A DNA stretch of 64,000 nucleotides from an uncultured delta proteobacterium (GTDB lineage: Bacteria > Desulfobacterota > Desulfomonilia > UBA1062). Position 1 is the first letter of the stretch; each line of letters opens with the position of its first letter. Below are positions 39,966 to 49,294 of this stretch, one piece after another. Made by a program: the position numbers and the translations under genes. Below the pieces are notes generated by a model that ran no database searches, was not told the origin of the DNA, and saw only the letters and a list, made by a program, of their open reading frames with translations. The stretch spans positions 64,001-128,000 of the forward strand of contig CAVVYZ010000013.1 in NCBI GenBank assembly GCA_963752595.1, read 5' to 3'.

Positions 39966-41274
39966 TCATAATGTCCCAATATGTACAGAACTCGACATGA
40001 CTCCAGGAATCTTTGCGACAGCATCGACAATTAAATTAATCCTGTGGAAGTCCTCGACTATCAGTACTGCGACTAGGTCTACCGAGCCCAATGTACGGGT
40101 AACTTCTAATACTTCCCGGAAATGCTTTGAGTTCATTCTCGACATCTTCAAGGAATTTAGGGTGAGAGAGTGTAAGGTTCGCGTACACCTTAATCTTCCC
40201 CCCTCTTGGCGGTATAACTCCTTGCTGTGTAGTCTGCTCTTTTGACCACTTCTTATGAATTGTTTCAATTAGCTGATCCGTTGCACGGCCTACATTACCA
40301 TCGCGTAAATCGAGATATACAACGTCACGGAGAAGGGGTGGGATCTCAACATCATCCAGCAAGATTGGCAGTAGTATTGCTTGCCCCTGGCCTGAGATTT
40401 GCCAACTCATTGCTGCATTCAATTCTTTTTGAGCCCAAGCACTGCTTAGGGATTTGTTCGAAATAAAGAATGCAACAAAATCGGATGAATCTAGTCCATG
40501 GGCGATGTTTTGAATCAGACTATCGCCTGTCCTAATTTCTGCTTCATCAATCCATACTTTTATACCGCCTTGTATAAGCAGCTCAGCCACATTGCGGACA
40601 ATACCCTTGTCAGCATGAGAGTGACTGAGAAATACCGTTGGCTTTTGGTCAGCGTTTGCAGTAGCCGCAACTCTAATAGTACGGCGAATGGTCGACAAGA
40701 TAAGGTCGCGTGACAATCCAAGTTTTTCAGATTCGCCCACGAGTTCCTCTATATCAGACTGCTTAAGGCCAGAGTTGGAGTGGCTTTTCCCGAATTCCTC
40801 AATGGTCTGCATTGTACGCCCAAGGTCAGCAGCCACACGAACAGCCAAATCATGCCCATTTTTGAAGTATGCAACTGTGTGACGTTCCTGAAGAACACTT
40901 TTCCATCGGTCGAGTAGACGAATTTTTTCAGGATCGCGTTCTATGTTTCTTGGCAAAACCGGAGTGTTCTCATCAAGCATATAGACGAGACATGGCTTCC
41001 TTAGTCGAAATCCTTCCTCATATTCGGCTTCCGAGAAAGAGATGCTAAGCCCCGATACAAGACTTCCATAACGATGTCCAACTATCACAACGAGAATATC
41101 GCTCTTTCTTACCTCCGCTAAACAGGTCTCGATTGGCACATCTGGACGGGCACCAAAAAATTCCATTGAATCATGCTGCAACTGCAATTTCCGAACAGCA
41201 TCCAACACAGCCTCTCGTTCGTCCGCCAAGTCAGAAAACGTGCTGCATAGAAATACCATCAAGTTTCGTTTCAT
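39966..41274 (-). CDS. DUF4062 + TIR + Lrp/AsnC ligand-binding domain fusion (cassette; one extra base at 40115-40117)
   Basis: VFLCSTFSDL..ER...G.RYGS...EAEY (DUF4062); VFLSHSHADK...VWID...S.W...EL (TIR); FPEVLEVTRTLGSVDLVAV...AKIPGVMSS in the shifted frame. Confidence 0.8.
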
Positions 41275-41293
41275 CTGATCGTTCCTGTTATAT

Positions 41294-41354
41294 GCCTAAC
41301 GCTAGGCATCAGCCGCGCGGCTATGCCGCGTCGGCCTGGATGCGCTGGTTAGGC
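41294..41354 (-). repeat. attC site (R'' GCCTAAC; R' GTTAGGC)
   Basis: 61-bp palindrome with perfectly complementary R boxes; TAA of the upstream ORF lies within R''. Confidence 0.92.
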
Positions 41355-42416
41355 TTTTACTCGTCTGACTAAGGACCGAACCCATGACATAGCAGACTCA
41401 ATGGCCCAGTCAGTTTGAGGTTGTGTGAGCGTTGGCATTGGCTCTGATCCCGGGCCATGCCCAAGTGAGTTCCGAACCTTCCGAAAATAGTCTTTTAATA
41501 TCTCACCCTCCCACGGAGCGAGGAGGCTACCATTGTTCTTGCTCACTAGATTATCTATGTACGCGGCAGCGCCGGTTTCAGTTCCACGTGTCCAACCCTT
41601 TATGTCTGAAACGATTTTTATTGCGCTTTCAAGCGCCTTTGCTGCGAATATGGCTGGGTCTTTATCATTTGAATCTCGACGATCAAGCGCCTCCTTCATA
41701 TCGATGTCCACGTTCGCCCAAATCGGGTCAGCAACTAGCTCCCAAAAAGGCTTTGCGATGTTCTGCTCGATCGTCTGATCGTGGGAAACTTGAATAAAAC
41801 CGTTGTGATATGTCAAAGGTGCTCCGGCGCGGCGAAAGCGCTCGTTGAGTTCGGTAACTTGTTCACGAAACACGTTATTAATGGACGCATTCCAAGCTTT
41901 GGCTCCGTCCACTGCACTTCCCTGGACCCTGAAAGCTCTACTTGGAGTGAGATTGCGGAATGCCGCAACATCAAGTGTTTGGGGTGATTGTGCGTTAATT
42001 CTGGCGACTTCTTCCTCTCGTAAACGCATTGCGAGTTCGATGAAGCTGAGCCTATCTTTGATGTAACTGTCAGGATCTTGAAGTCCAAGGTGAGGTTTTG
42101 CTGTGACGAACTGCTCGCAAACATGGTCCCAGCCAAACCAACCTGAAATTGGGAACTCTTGCCCTAAGGCATTCTTTTGTGTGTATGAATAGTAGCGTTG
42201 AGCAAGCTCTTTGAGACCGAGTTCTCTAGCTAGCCTGTCGTGCAAACCCTTCCACTTAACTTTGTTTGATGCGTGTTCCTTGCCGTCAGAGTCATAGTAG
42301 GGGAATAGGTCCCTTGCGATAGCGATTGTTTGCGTTAAAAGACGCCCCTCGTGCTCTGTATAGGTGGACCAGATTGGGAACTTGAGATACCTATATGCAA
42401 ATATGTCTGTCAGCAT
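41349..42416 (-). CDS. AbiJ-like protein with C-terminal HEPN-like domain (cassette)
   Basis: N-terminal MLTDIFAYRY resembles AbiJ-NTD4 proteins; ALESAIK and RNSLGH (Rx4H) motifs. Confidence 0.72.
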   Translation of the reverse strand: MLTDIFAYRYLKFPIWSTYTEHEGRLLTQTIAIARDLFPYYDSDGKEHASNKVKWKGLHDRLARELGLKELAQRYYSYTQKNALGQEFPISGWFGWDHVCEQFVTAKPHLGLQDPDSYIKDRLSFIELAMRLREEEVARINAQSPQTLDVAAFRNLTPSRAFRVQGSAVDGAKAWNASINNVFREQVTELNERFRRAGAPLTYHNGFIQVSHDQTIEQNIAKPFWELVADPIWANVDIDMKEALDRRDSNDKDPAIFAAKALESAIKIVSDIKGWTRGTETGAAAYIDNLVSKNNGSLLAPWEGEILKDYFRKVRNSLGHGPGSEPMPTLTQPQTDWAIESAMSWVRSLVRRVKA

Positions 42417-42453
42417 TTTTCGTCCTCTGCGAATATTCGATTTGTGTCCTTAA

Positions 42454-42510
42454 GCCTAACGTGCGGATCAGCGGCGGCTGAAAGCCGTCCGCTGGATTTG
42501 CTGGTTGGAT
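42454..42510 (-). repeat. attC site (R'' ATCCAAC; R' GTTAGGC)
   Basis: 57 bp; R'' is the exact complement of GTTGGAT at the start of the same cassette. Confidence 0.92.
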
Positions 42511-42537
42511 TTTTTCATATACGAAATCACTTAACAA

Positions 42538-43263
42538 TTATTTATTTCTATTCTTCAGCTTTGCTTTGCCCTGCGGACCTTCTGGCCTAACTTCAATGTT
42601 TACCCACACAGCTGATCCTTCACCTTTTTCAATTTTGTGGGATTTTACAGCATCAAAACCTAATGCAAAAAGTTCGTGAACTAAAGCCTTTGATGCTTCT
42701 ATACTTTGTTTATCACCTGTACTTGCAATTGTAATTCCTGTTTCATTAGGTGATACTGAACCAAAAGGCGCACCAGATTGTGCTAAATTAATTTTCGATG
42801 CAGGTGAAAAAACAATCCATTTTGCAGACTGCAGGGCACTACCAAGTTCCCATGCTAAAGTTTCAGCTTCTTTATCGCCCGCACCATACCATATGCTGAC
42901 TGGCTGTCCTGAAAAAGATGCAAGTTTCGTGGTGATTAATTGTTGTTGTTCTTTCGATAACCGTCTCCAAGCGAGATCCTCTTCAAGTCTTATGCGTTCC
43001 AATCTTTCACTCTCTGCTTTTTCATTTGCTTCCGCTGCGCGTGCATCAGCATTAGAAACAGCAACTCTTAGCTCCGTAGATTGTTTTTCAAGAGTTGCAG
43101 TGCGTTCACGAGAGTCAGCGAGCTCCCGATTGAGATATTCCTCTTTAACATTTCCCATCCAAACAACCAATACGGTTGAAATGATGCCTATAACGAGACC
43201 AATAATTAATCCAACATTTGAGACGTCATATAACCATATTGCGGTCTTCAAAGGTGGCCACAT
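42538..43263 (-). CDS. Membrane-anchored coiled-coil hypothetical protein (first cassette)
   Basis: AAGGAG RBS; one TM helix, coiled coil, alpha/beta C-terminal domain. Confidence 0.75.
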   Translation of the reverse strand: MWPPLKTAIWLYDVSNVGLIIGLVIGIISTVLVVWMGNVKEEYLNRELADSRERTATLEKQSTELRVAVSNADARAAEANEKAESERLERIRLEEDLAWRRLSKEQQQLITTKLASFSGQPVSIWYGAGDKEAETLAWELGSALQSAKWIVFSPASKINLAQSGAPFGSVSPNETGITIASTGDKQSIEASKALVHELFALGFDAVKSHKIEKGEGSAVWVNIEVRPEGPQGKAKLKNRNK

Positions 43264-43302
43264 ATTTTTTCTCCTTGGTTCTGTCAAGTAACACTGATGA
43301 CA

Positions 43303-43375
43303 ATCCAACGATTACTATACTGCATATTTGCAGCCCAATATGATAATAGGGGTAGTTTTACGACTATATTGGGAA
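43303..43375 (-). other. Candidate attI-like primary recombination site
   Basis: GTTGGAT core at 43303-43309 with no attC hairpin upstream; AT-rich flank with CCCAATAT/ATATTGGG inverted repeat. Confidence 0.5.
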
Positions 43376-43574
43376 AAACTTATGGACTTGATCAAGTTCT
43401 ATTCCTCCGGAAAATGAGTGCACTCCGTACATGCTGGGTGAGCGTTATTTTTGATGGTAATCTCCTCTTCATTGCATGATTCATTCGATCCTGATGTGGT
43501 GGGTCCGGGATGTATTGCATTATGATCTTGTTGCTGAATGTTAACAGAGGGTTAAGGCAAAGTAAAGGGAGGAT

Positions 43575-43608
43575 AATAAAAGAAGAGCCCGGAGAAAGGT
43601 CCGGGCTC
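43575..43608 (-). terminator. Intrinsic terminator
   Basis: GAGCCCGGA/TCCGGGCTC 9-bp stem followed by TTCTTTTATT on the minus strand. Confidence 0.8.
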
Positions 43609-43649
43609 ATGCCATAGAATTATCTATCCGGAAAATCCGGTATAATTCT

Positions 43650-45380
43650 TCAGTTCCTTGTTTTGGATTGTGCCATCATCGTTTCCGTGATCGGGTGCTC
43701 TTCCGGCAGATGATCCGGCAGGGATTTCTCCACGAGCAGCGTGTCGTTGTTCTCTATCGGGAGCACGTTGAGCGTGTCGGCAAAGGATATCCAGTGGGGC
43801 AGGTTGAGCTTCTTGCCCTCCGGGTGGTTCCAGGTGCGGTACCAGAAGAGGTCGTTGACCGATTTCCTCTTCTCCATTGCCTGGCGCTCCGCGATCATGG
43901 CGTCCTGCTCGCGCTTGGCGCAGATCGAGATGACCGCCTGCATCTTGTCGCCCGGCTTGATGGCAGGGGCGAGGACGTCGGCAAATCCGACCGCGGTGCT
44001 CGTTACAAGCTGCTCTTCGCTGTCGAGGAGCTCGGTGGAATGGATCGGGCCGGTCATGCAGAAGGCGCCGTATTTCAGGTCGTCGCCCTCGGGGATGTCG
44101 GTCGTCCCGTCGAGGTGTATGGAGTTCAGGCCGCACTGGATCGCTTCGCCCACGGCATGCTCCACGACATCGATCGCCAGTTTGTACTTTTTCACCATTG
44201 CCATGTCGATGGCGAAGAATACCACCCTGTGGCCGTCCTCCCTGGGTTTGAGAACCTTCTTACCCATTTCGACGATGATCTTCGCATACTGCTTGTAGGT
44301 CTCGAAATCGCAGGCGCTGAACCTGGGGTCTTTCTTGTTTATTTCAAACGCATCGAGCACCTCGATGAATGCCTTGTCCATGCCTCTCTTGGCGCGGTTT
44401 CTCATGAGAGAAAGGATCAGCTTGCCCTTGGGCGTGGTGCCGTCCATGATGTGGAGCTTGACTGCCTCGCGGACGCCCAGCCTGCTGAAGGTGTAGTTGC
44501 AGCTGCCCACGAAGTTGTCGATGACCCTGTCCGGAACCGTCAGGCTGAAATCGGCATTCCGGCGCTCGCTCTTGCGCTCGATGAGCTTGGCGCCTGCAAC
44601 GGCCATCATCTGGGGGTCGAAGGATGCCCTGTCCTCGATCTGCTTGAATCCGAGCTGGACGATGGTCACGATCTTTCCGCCCTGGTCCATGCCCGGGAGC
44701 ATGACGAGGTTTTTCAGCATCTTGTAGCCCTCGCTGTTCAGGCCGTTCGCGAGCTCCTCGGACAGAGAGTGCCTGATCACGTTCATCCCGATGTTTCCGC
44801 CGAGCACTGCGCCGATCCCATTGATGAGGTTGTGCTCGAAGGTGCCCATGTCGAGGTTCTCCAGGCTGCGGACGCTGGGAGGGATGGGCTTCCGGCGTAA
44901 GCCGAGAATGTCCATGAAGTCTCCCTTGTAGCCCGTGTTTATCAAAACCACCGTTGCAAAGGCGTTTTCTGCAAACCTCTCGCATGCCTTGACCACCTTC
45001 ATTTTCGAGAAGGCTTCTTTGCATTCGGTGTTGAAGGTCCAGTCGAAGTACATGCCCTGCCAATGCTGGGAATAGGTTGCGCACGAGGCCTTCAGCCCGC
45101 ATGCCAGCACCTGGCCGAGCCTGTATTTGTTCGGCGTCTCCTTGATGTTGAACGGTGCGAAGTCCTTGCCCTTATAGAAGCTCGAGCGCCAGATGTGGCG
45201 GATGGCCTGGTTCTGCTTCTCCGTGATGGAGGTGGGGCAGATCAGGTAGGGTATCTCGCAGGTGCCGGGGTGGCGGGCGGGATACCATTGCGACCGGTGT
45301 ATCGCAGCGTTGCCCTCCCTGGCGATCTTCCTTCCGTCATTTTTCCCGTATACTCCGCTTTCGCCCTGTTTTTTAACCAT
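43650..45380 (-). CDS. Uncharacterised 576-aa soluble protein
   Basis: GAGGA RBS; intact ORF with host-like GC-rich codon usage; no family recognised. Confidence 0.8.
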   Translation of the reverse strand: MVKKQGESGVYGKNDGRKIAREGNAAIHRSQWYPARHPGTCEIPYLICPTSITEKQNQAIRHIWRSSFYKGKDFAPFNIKETPNKYRLGQVLACGLKASCATYSQHWQGMYFDWTFNTECKEAFSKMKVVKACERFAENAFATVVLINTGYKGDFMDILGLRRKPIPPSVRSLENLDMGTFEHNLINGIGAVLGGNIGMNVIRHSLSEELANGLNSEGYKMLKNLVMLPGMDQGGKIVTIVQLGFKQIEDRASFDPQMMAVAGAKLIERKSERRNADFSLTVPDRVIDNFVGSCNYTFSRLGVREAVKLHIMDGTTPKGKLILSLMRNRAKRGMDKAFIEVLDAFEINKKDPRFSACDFETYKQYAKIIVEMGKKVLKPREDGHRVVFFAIDMAMVKKYKLAIDVVEHAVGEAIQCGLNSIHLDGTTDIPEGDDLKYGAFCMTGPIHSTELLDSEEQLVTSTAVGFADVLAPAIKPGDKMQAVISICAKREQDAMIAERQAMEKRKSVNDLFWYRTWNHPEGKKLNLPHWISFADTLNVLPIENNDTLLVEKSLPDHLPEEHPITETMMAQSKTRN

Positions 45381-45466
45381 AAATCCTCCTTCTTAAGATG
45401 GTGTAATCATCGATGCTGAAAGATAGACGATCCTTTGTTTGGTGTTCCTCCGGAACGAAAAGAGCC

Positions 45467-46483
45467 CTATGCGCTCCGTTCCTCCGGCGGGATGAAAAAC
45501 CGTTTCCCGCCGGCTTTTTCCCCGACAAACCCGTTGAACAATGTCTCGAGGATTACAGGCAGCTCCTCCTGCAGGGAATGTCCCATGCCGGACTGCAGCC
45601 ATTTGTATACAACCCCGTCGATGAAACCCATGATGCCGTAAAATGTCGTATAGAAGTTCATGGTCTTCACCTTGCTGCCGGTGTTCAGTGCAACGATGCG
45701 CTCTTTGAGCATGGGCAGCCGGTGAAGGATGGTATGATAAAACATTGCCTTTCCTCCCGGCCGGTACATGATCTCCTCTTTCTGGATCAGGCGGTAGAGC
45801 AGGTGGTTTTTTTCGATGAACAGCACCCAGCACGAGAGCGCTTCCTCTGCCAGCGTGAGAATGTCGTCCGCCTTCAGGAGCACGTCGTTGAAGATAGCCA
45901 CGATCTCGTTGATTTTTTCAGCCAGGAGCTGCTCTAAGAGGTCTTCTTTGGTCTTGAAGTTGCGGTAGACCGTCCCTTTGCCGACGCCGCTCAAGGATGC
46001 GATCTCATCGACCGTGGTGTTGTGGAAACCCTTTTCGACGAACAGCTGCAACGCGGCGGTGAATATGTTTTCCCGGTTCACCTGCGGAGCGCCCTTCTTG
46101 ACTTTCTGCGCAGGCGGCTGGGTGTGGGTCAGGACCATGCGGAGCCTCTCGGGAGGGACCGAGATCTTGCGTACGTTTGCCAGGGATGCCTCCTCGACCG
46201 CGGCACGGAAAAGCACGGAGGCTTCTTCGTTCAGGCCCTTTTCCTCCAGGTAGCCGGTGATCTTTTCCAGGAGCGAGGAAAGCCATTCCCCGGCCTGGTT
46301 CTCGAAGTCATCCCTGTTCTTGGCTTTTGCGTTTATGAGTGACATGTTTTCCCTGATGTGGGTGCGGAAGGTATCTTCGTCCGGGTGTCCGTCCGGAGAG
46401 AAATATTTCCCTACTTCGGCGTAGAGATCGAATCGCCTTCCCCCGGATTCGAAATGTAATGATCCTTGATCGTCCTTATCCAT
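45467..46483 (-). CDS. TetR/AcrR-family regulator with N-terminal extension
   Basis: IFTAALQLFVEKGFHNTTVDEIASLSGVGKGTVYRNF HTH starting about 135 aa in; GAGGAG RBS before ATG 46483. Confidence 0.88.
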   Translation of the reverse strand: MDKDDQGSLHFESGGRRFDLYAEVGKYFSPDGHPDEDTFRTHIRENMSLINAKAKNRDDFENQAGEWLSSLLEKITGYLEEKGLNEEASVLFRAAVEEASLANVRKISVPPERLRMVLTHTQPPAQKVKKGAPQVNRENIFTAALQLFVEKGFHNTTVDEIASLSGVGKGTVYRNFKTKEDLLEQLLAEKINEIVAIFNDVLLKADDILTLAEEALSCWVLFIEKNHLLYRLIQKEEIMYRPGGKAMFYHTILHRLPMLKERIVALNTGSKVKTMNFYTTFYGIMGFIDGVVYKWLQSGMGHSLQEELPVILETLFNGFVGEKAGGKRFFIPPEERSA

Positions 46484-46511
46484 TCTCAAACAGCTCCTCA
46501 TATAAAACATA

Positions 46512-46554
46512 ACGGACTAGTCCGTCCTATAAATTATTCCCGGCCCTTTGTCAA
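46512..46554 (-). promoter_or_regulatory. TetR promoter and probable autoregulatory operator
   Basis: TTGACA-N17-TATAGG followed directly by the perfect palindrome ACGGACTAGTCCGT (46512-46525). Confidence 0.7.
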
Positions 46555-46689
46555 TGAATATTACACAAAATAAAGTTACATATGCAAAGAACGGTTAAGG
46601 CCGGTAATATAAACGAAACATGTGCCTGATAAATACGTCTAAGTTACACACAATGGGGCATGTGATTATGCGCCGTGTGGTTCTCCTGC

Positions 46690-46731
46690 CCCCTCTTCCC
46701 CGTTTTCGGGGGAGAGGGATGGGGAGAGGGG
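46690..46731. repeat. GC-rich CCCTCT...GAGAGGG palindromic REP-like element
   Basis: Hairpin of the same style as 46809..46865. Confidence 0.55.
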
Positions 46732-46808
46732 GCAGCAGGGCTTTATTGAAAATTAATTCGGGATTAATCAGGGTAGTATTTACTCTGTAAGGCCTTATTA
46801 TTAAAACA

Positions 46809-46865
46809 CCCCCTCTCCCTGTCCCTCTCACGACCCGCTTTGCGGGTGCCCCGGGGTAGAGGGGA
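46809..46865. repeat. REP-like palindromic element, copy 1
   Basis: 46817-46856 is the exact 40-bp reverse complement of 54088-54127. Confidence 0.85.
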
Positions 46866-46912
46866 CGTGGGGAAAAACAAAAAAGGGATATTTTTATCAG
46901 GAGGTTTATCGC

Positions 46913-47275
46913 ATGAAGAGGATTTTCGGGACATTGCTGCTCATCGTTTTAATCGGCTGCGGCACTGTTGCCTATGCCGAGGATCTGGATGTTGACTGTG
47001 ATTGCAAGAAGGGCGGGCTGGGCCTTCCCATCGGGAAGTTCATCATCGGCATCGGCTTCAGCCAATTCAATGCAAAACCAGGATGCGACCAGAGCATCGG
47101 GGTGGGCATCGGCATTGGAAAAGAGACCCATCGCATCCAGCTGGGGGCCGGGTATAATCAGGGAGTCTTCGGGCTGGGCATAGGGTTCAAAGGCCCTGAA
47201 AAGGTAACGGTAATCGGACCGGTTATAGGCTATGACTATGGAGACTGCAGGCTGGTCTGGCCCTATGAAGAATAG
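46913..47275 (+). CDS. Small secreted Gly-rich beta-strand protein
   Basis: AGGAGG RBS, signal peptide, alternating IGIG/GVGIG strands. Confidence 0.7.
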   Translation: MKRIFGTLLLIVLIGCGTVAYAEDLDVDCDCKKGGLGLPIGKFIIGIGFSQFNAKPGCDQSIGVGIGIGKETHRIQLGAGYNQGVFGLGIGFKGPEKVTVIGPVIGYDYGDCRLVWPYEE

Positions 47276-47374
47276 TTTTCATTGTACAGCCGGAAGGCAA
47301 TGCTTTATTGTATTGATATCGAGTGTCTGGACATAATCATATACTGATACGACAAAGGGTTTTAAAAGGGGGTT

Positions 47375-48269
47375 TTGATGCATATTCGTAAGGTCCTGCT
47401 GCACGTTCTGCCCCTGGTGGTTTCGGTCAGCCTTACGGGAGGATGTGCCGCGAAGATCGCCAGAATGTCGGTCGACGGCATGAAGCCCATCATGGTGGAG
47501 ATGCGGGGCGCCACGAACAAGAACCGCGACTCGCAGCTGGTCATGGATGCGATGCCGGCAATGCTCATCCAGATGGACGGCTTCATAGGGGTATCGCCGG
47601 AAAACCGGTATCTCCTCACGAGCGCGGCAGAGGCCAACATGGGGTATGCATTTTTCGCCGTGGAAGACAAGAACAAGGAACGCGCGAAGTTCCTCTATCT
47701 CAAGGCACGGGACTATGCATTGAGAAACCTCATGCTGAACAAGACCTTCAAGCAGGGCTTCGCGCAGGATGATATCGAGGTGTTTACCCGCGCCCTGAAG
47801 ACCGTCCACAAGAGGGACGTCGCGCCGCTGTTTATAGCGACGAACAGCTGGATGTCGTGGATCAACCTCGCGCATGCCGACAACCCGTCGGCCCTGAAAG
47901 ACCTTCCCAAGGTCGAAGCCATGATGGACCGCATCCTTGCAATCGATGATACATACTATTACGGCGGCGTCCATGCGCTGCTCGGTACGTACTACGTGCC
48001 CGGCCCGAGATGTTCGGCGGCCGGCCTGAAGAGGCGAAAGAGCAGTTTCAGGAGGCCTTCGAGATATCGGAGTCCAAGTACCTTCTGTGGCAGTTTCTCT
48101 ATGCAAGGTATTATGCGGTCCAGACCAAGGACAGGGGGCTTTTGTCGCCACCTTGAACAAGATCGTCTCCTCGCCGCCGGATATCCTGCCGGAAGATGCG
48201 TTCGCGAACGCGGCGGTAAAGAAGAAGGCGGCGGAACTGCTGCTTCACGTCGACGACTATTTCCAATAA
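47375..48269 (+). CDS. TRAP-transporter TatT-family lipoprotein (frameshifts near 48000-48140)
   Basis: TGGC lipobox; DAMPA.L...DG...SPEN..LL, ERAK.LY..ARDY, D.TYYYGG, N...KKKA..LL. Confidence 0.75.
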
Positions 48270-48331
48270 ACCATGGCCGTATTCGCGATTCCGTCCTTCA
48301 GTGAATATGGCCGCAGCATGCACAGGAAGCC

Positions 48332-49294
48332 ATGAGACAGTACATCCTCAGGCGGATTCTCTACTCGTTTCTCATCCTTTTCTTCATATCGATCTTCATC
48401 TTTACGCTGGGAAGGGTGCTTCCCGGAGACCCGGTGCAGGCCGTGCTCATGACTTCCCGGATGGGCCCGGTGGATGCTGAGGTCATGGAGGATCTCAAAG
48501 CCCAGTTCGGCCTGGATAAGCCTCTGCCCGTGCAGTACCTCGTCTGGGCCGCGAACTTCATCCGGGGAGACTGGGGCATTTCCATAGCGAGCGGCGAGGA
48601 GGTGCTGCGCCATGTTCATGCACCGGCTGCCCATCACCCTGGAGCTTTTTTAGGCTCGGTGCTTCTGGGTCGTGCATCATCGGGTTCCCGTTCGGCATCA
48701 TCTCTGCGCTCAGGCGCAATTCACGGCTCGACGTCTCGCTGACGATCGGTGCCATCATCGGCATTTCCATCCCGGTGTTCTGGGAGGGGATCGTCATGAT
48801 CTATCTCTTTGCCGTGATGATTCACATCTTTCCGCCGTCGGGCTATGTGCCCTTTTCCGAGAGCATGAGCGGCAACCTCCTCTCCGTTGCCATGCCCACC
48901 TTCATCATGGGCACCCAGGGGGCAGGGCTCCTCTGCAGGTTTGTACGGTCGAGCCTGCTGGAGGTTCTGGGCCAGGACTATATCCGGACGGCATATGCCA
49001 AGGGCCTGCACAGGACAGGCGTGATCCTCCGGCATGCGGTGAAGCCTGCAATGATACCCGTGGTCACGATCGCCGGCCTTGCCTGGGGCTATGTGGTGGC
49101 CGGGTCTTTTCATCGTGGAGTACATGTTCGCCATCCCGGGCCTGGGGCGCATGGGCGTAAACGCGATCTTCGCAAACGATTTCCCGGTCATCCAGGCTAC
49201 CCTGGTCATGGTTGCGCTCAATATCCTGACCGTGAACCTCATGGTCGATCTCCTGTACGGATACATCGACCCGAGGGTGAGGATGCAACAATGA
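48332..49294 (+). CDS. Opp/Dpp ABC permease B (frameshifted)
   Basis: YILRR, PGDP, GLDKPLPVQY, QDYIRTAYAKGL, DFPVIQ, IDPR. Confidence 0.85.

Larger units (their letters stand above)
37339..43309 (-). mobile_element. Integron gene-cassette array with no adjacent integrase (CALIN), about 7 cassettes
   Basis: Co-oriented single ORFs each followed by a 54-61 bp RYYYAAC...GTTRRRY imperfect palindrome; AT-richer than the flanks. Confidence 0.88.

Noticed and set aside
37347-41274. A complete CBASS or Thoeris operon (patatin plus TIR)
   Set aside because: No CD-NTase, SAVED/STING or ThsA gene, and the genes sit in separate cassettes.
38437-42510. Recurrent ~57-bp repeats as a CRISPR array
   Set aside because: Spacing is 0.5-1.4 kb with whole genes in between, the repeats have attC R-box structure, and no cas genes are present.
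43310-45380. Integron integrase next to the array head
   Set aside because: No ORF on either strand shows tyrosine-recombinase motifs (HxLRHS, catalytic Tyr); the 410-aa plus-strand ORF is the antisense shadow of the 576-aa gene.
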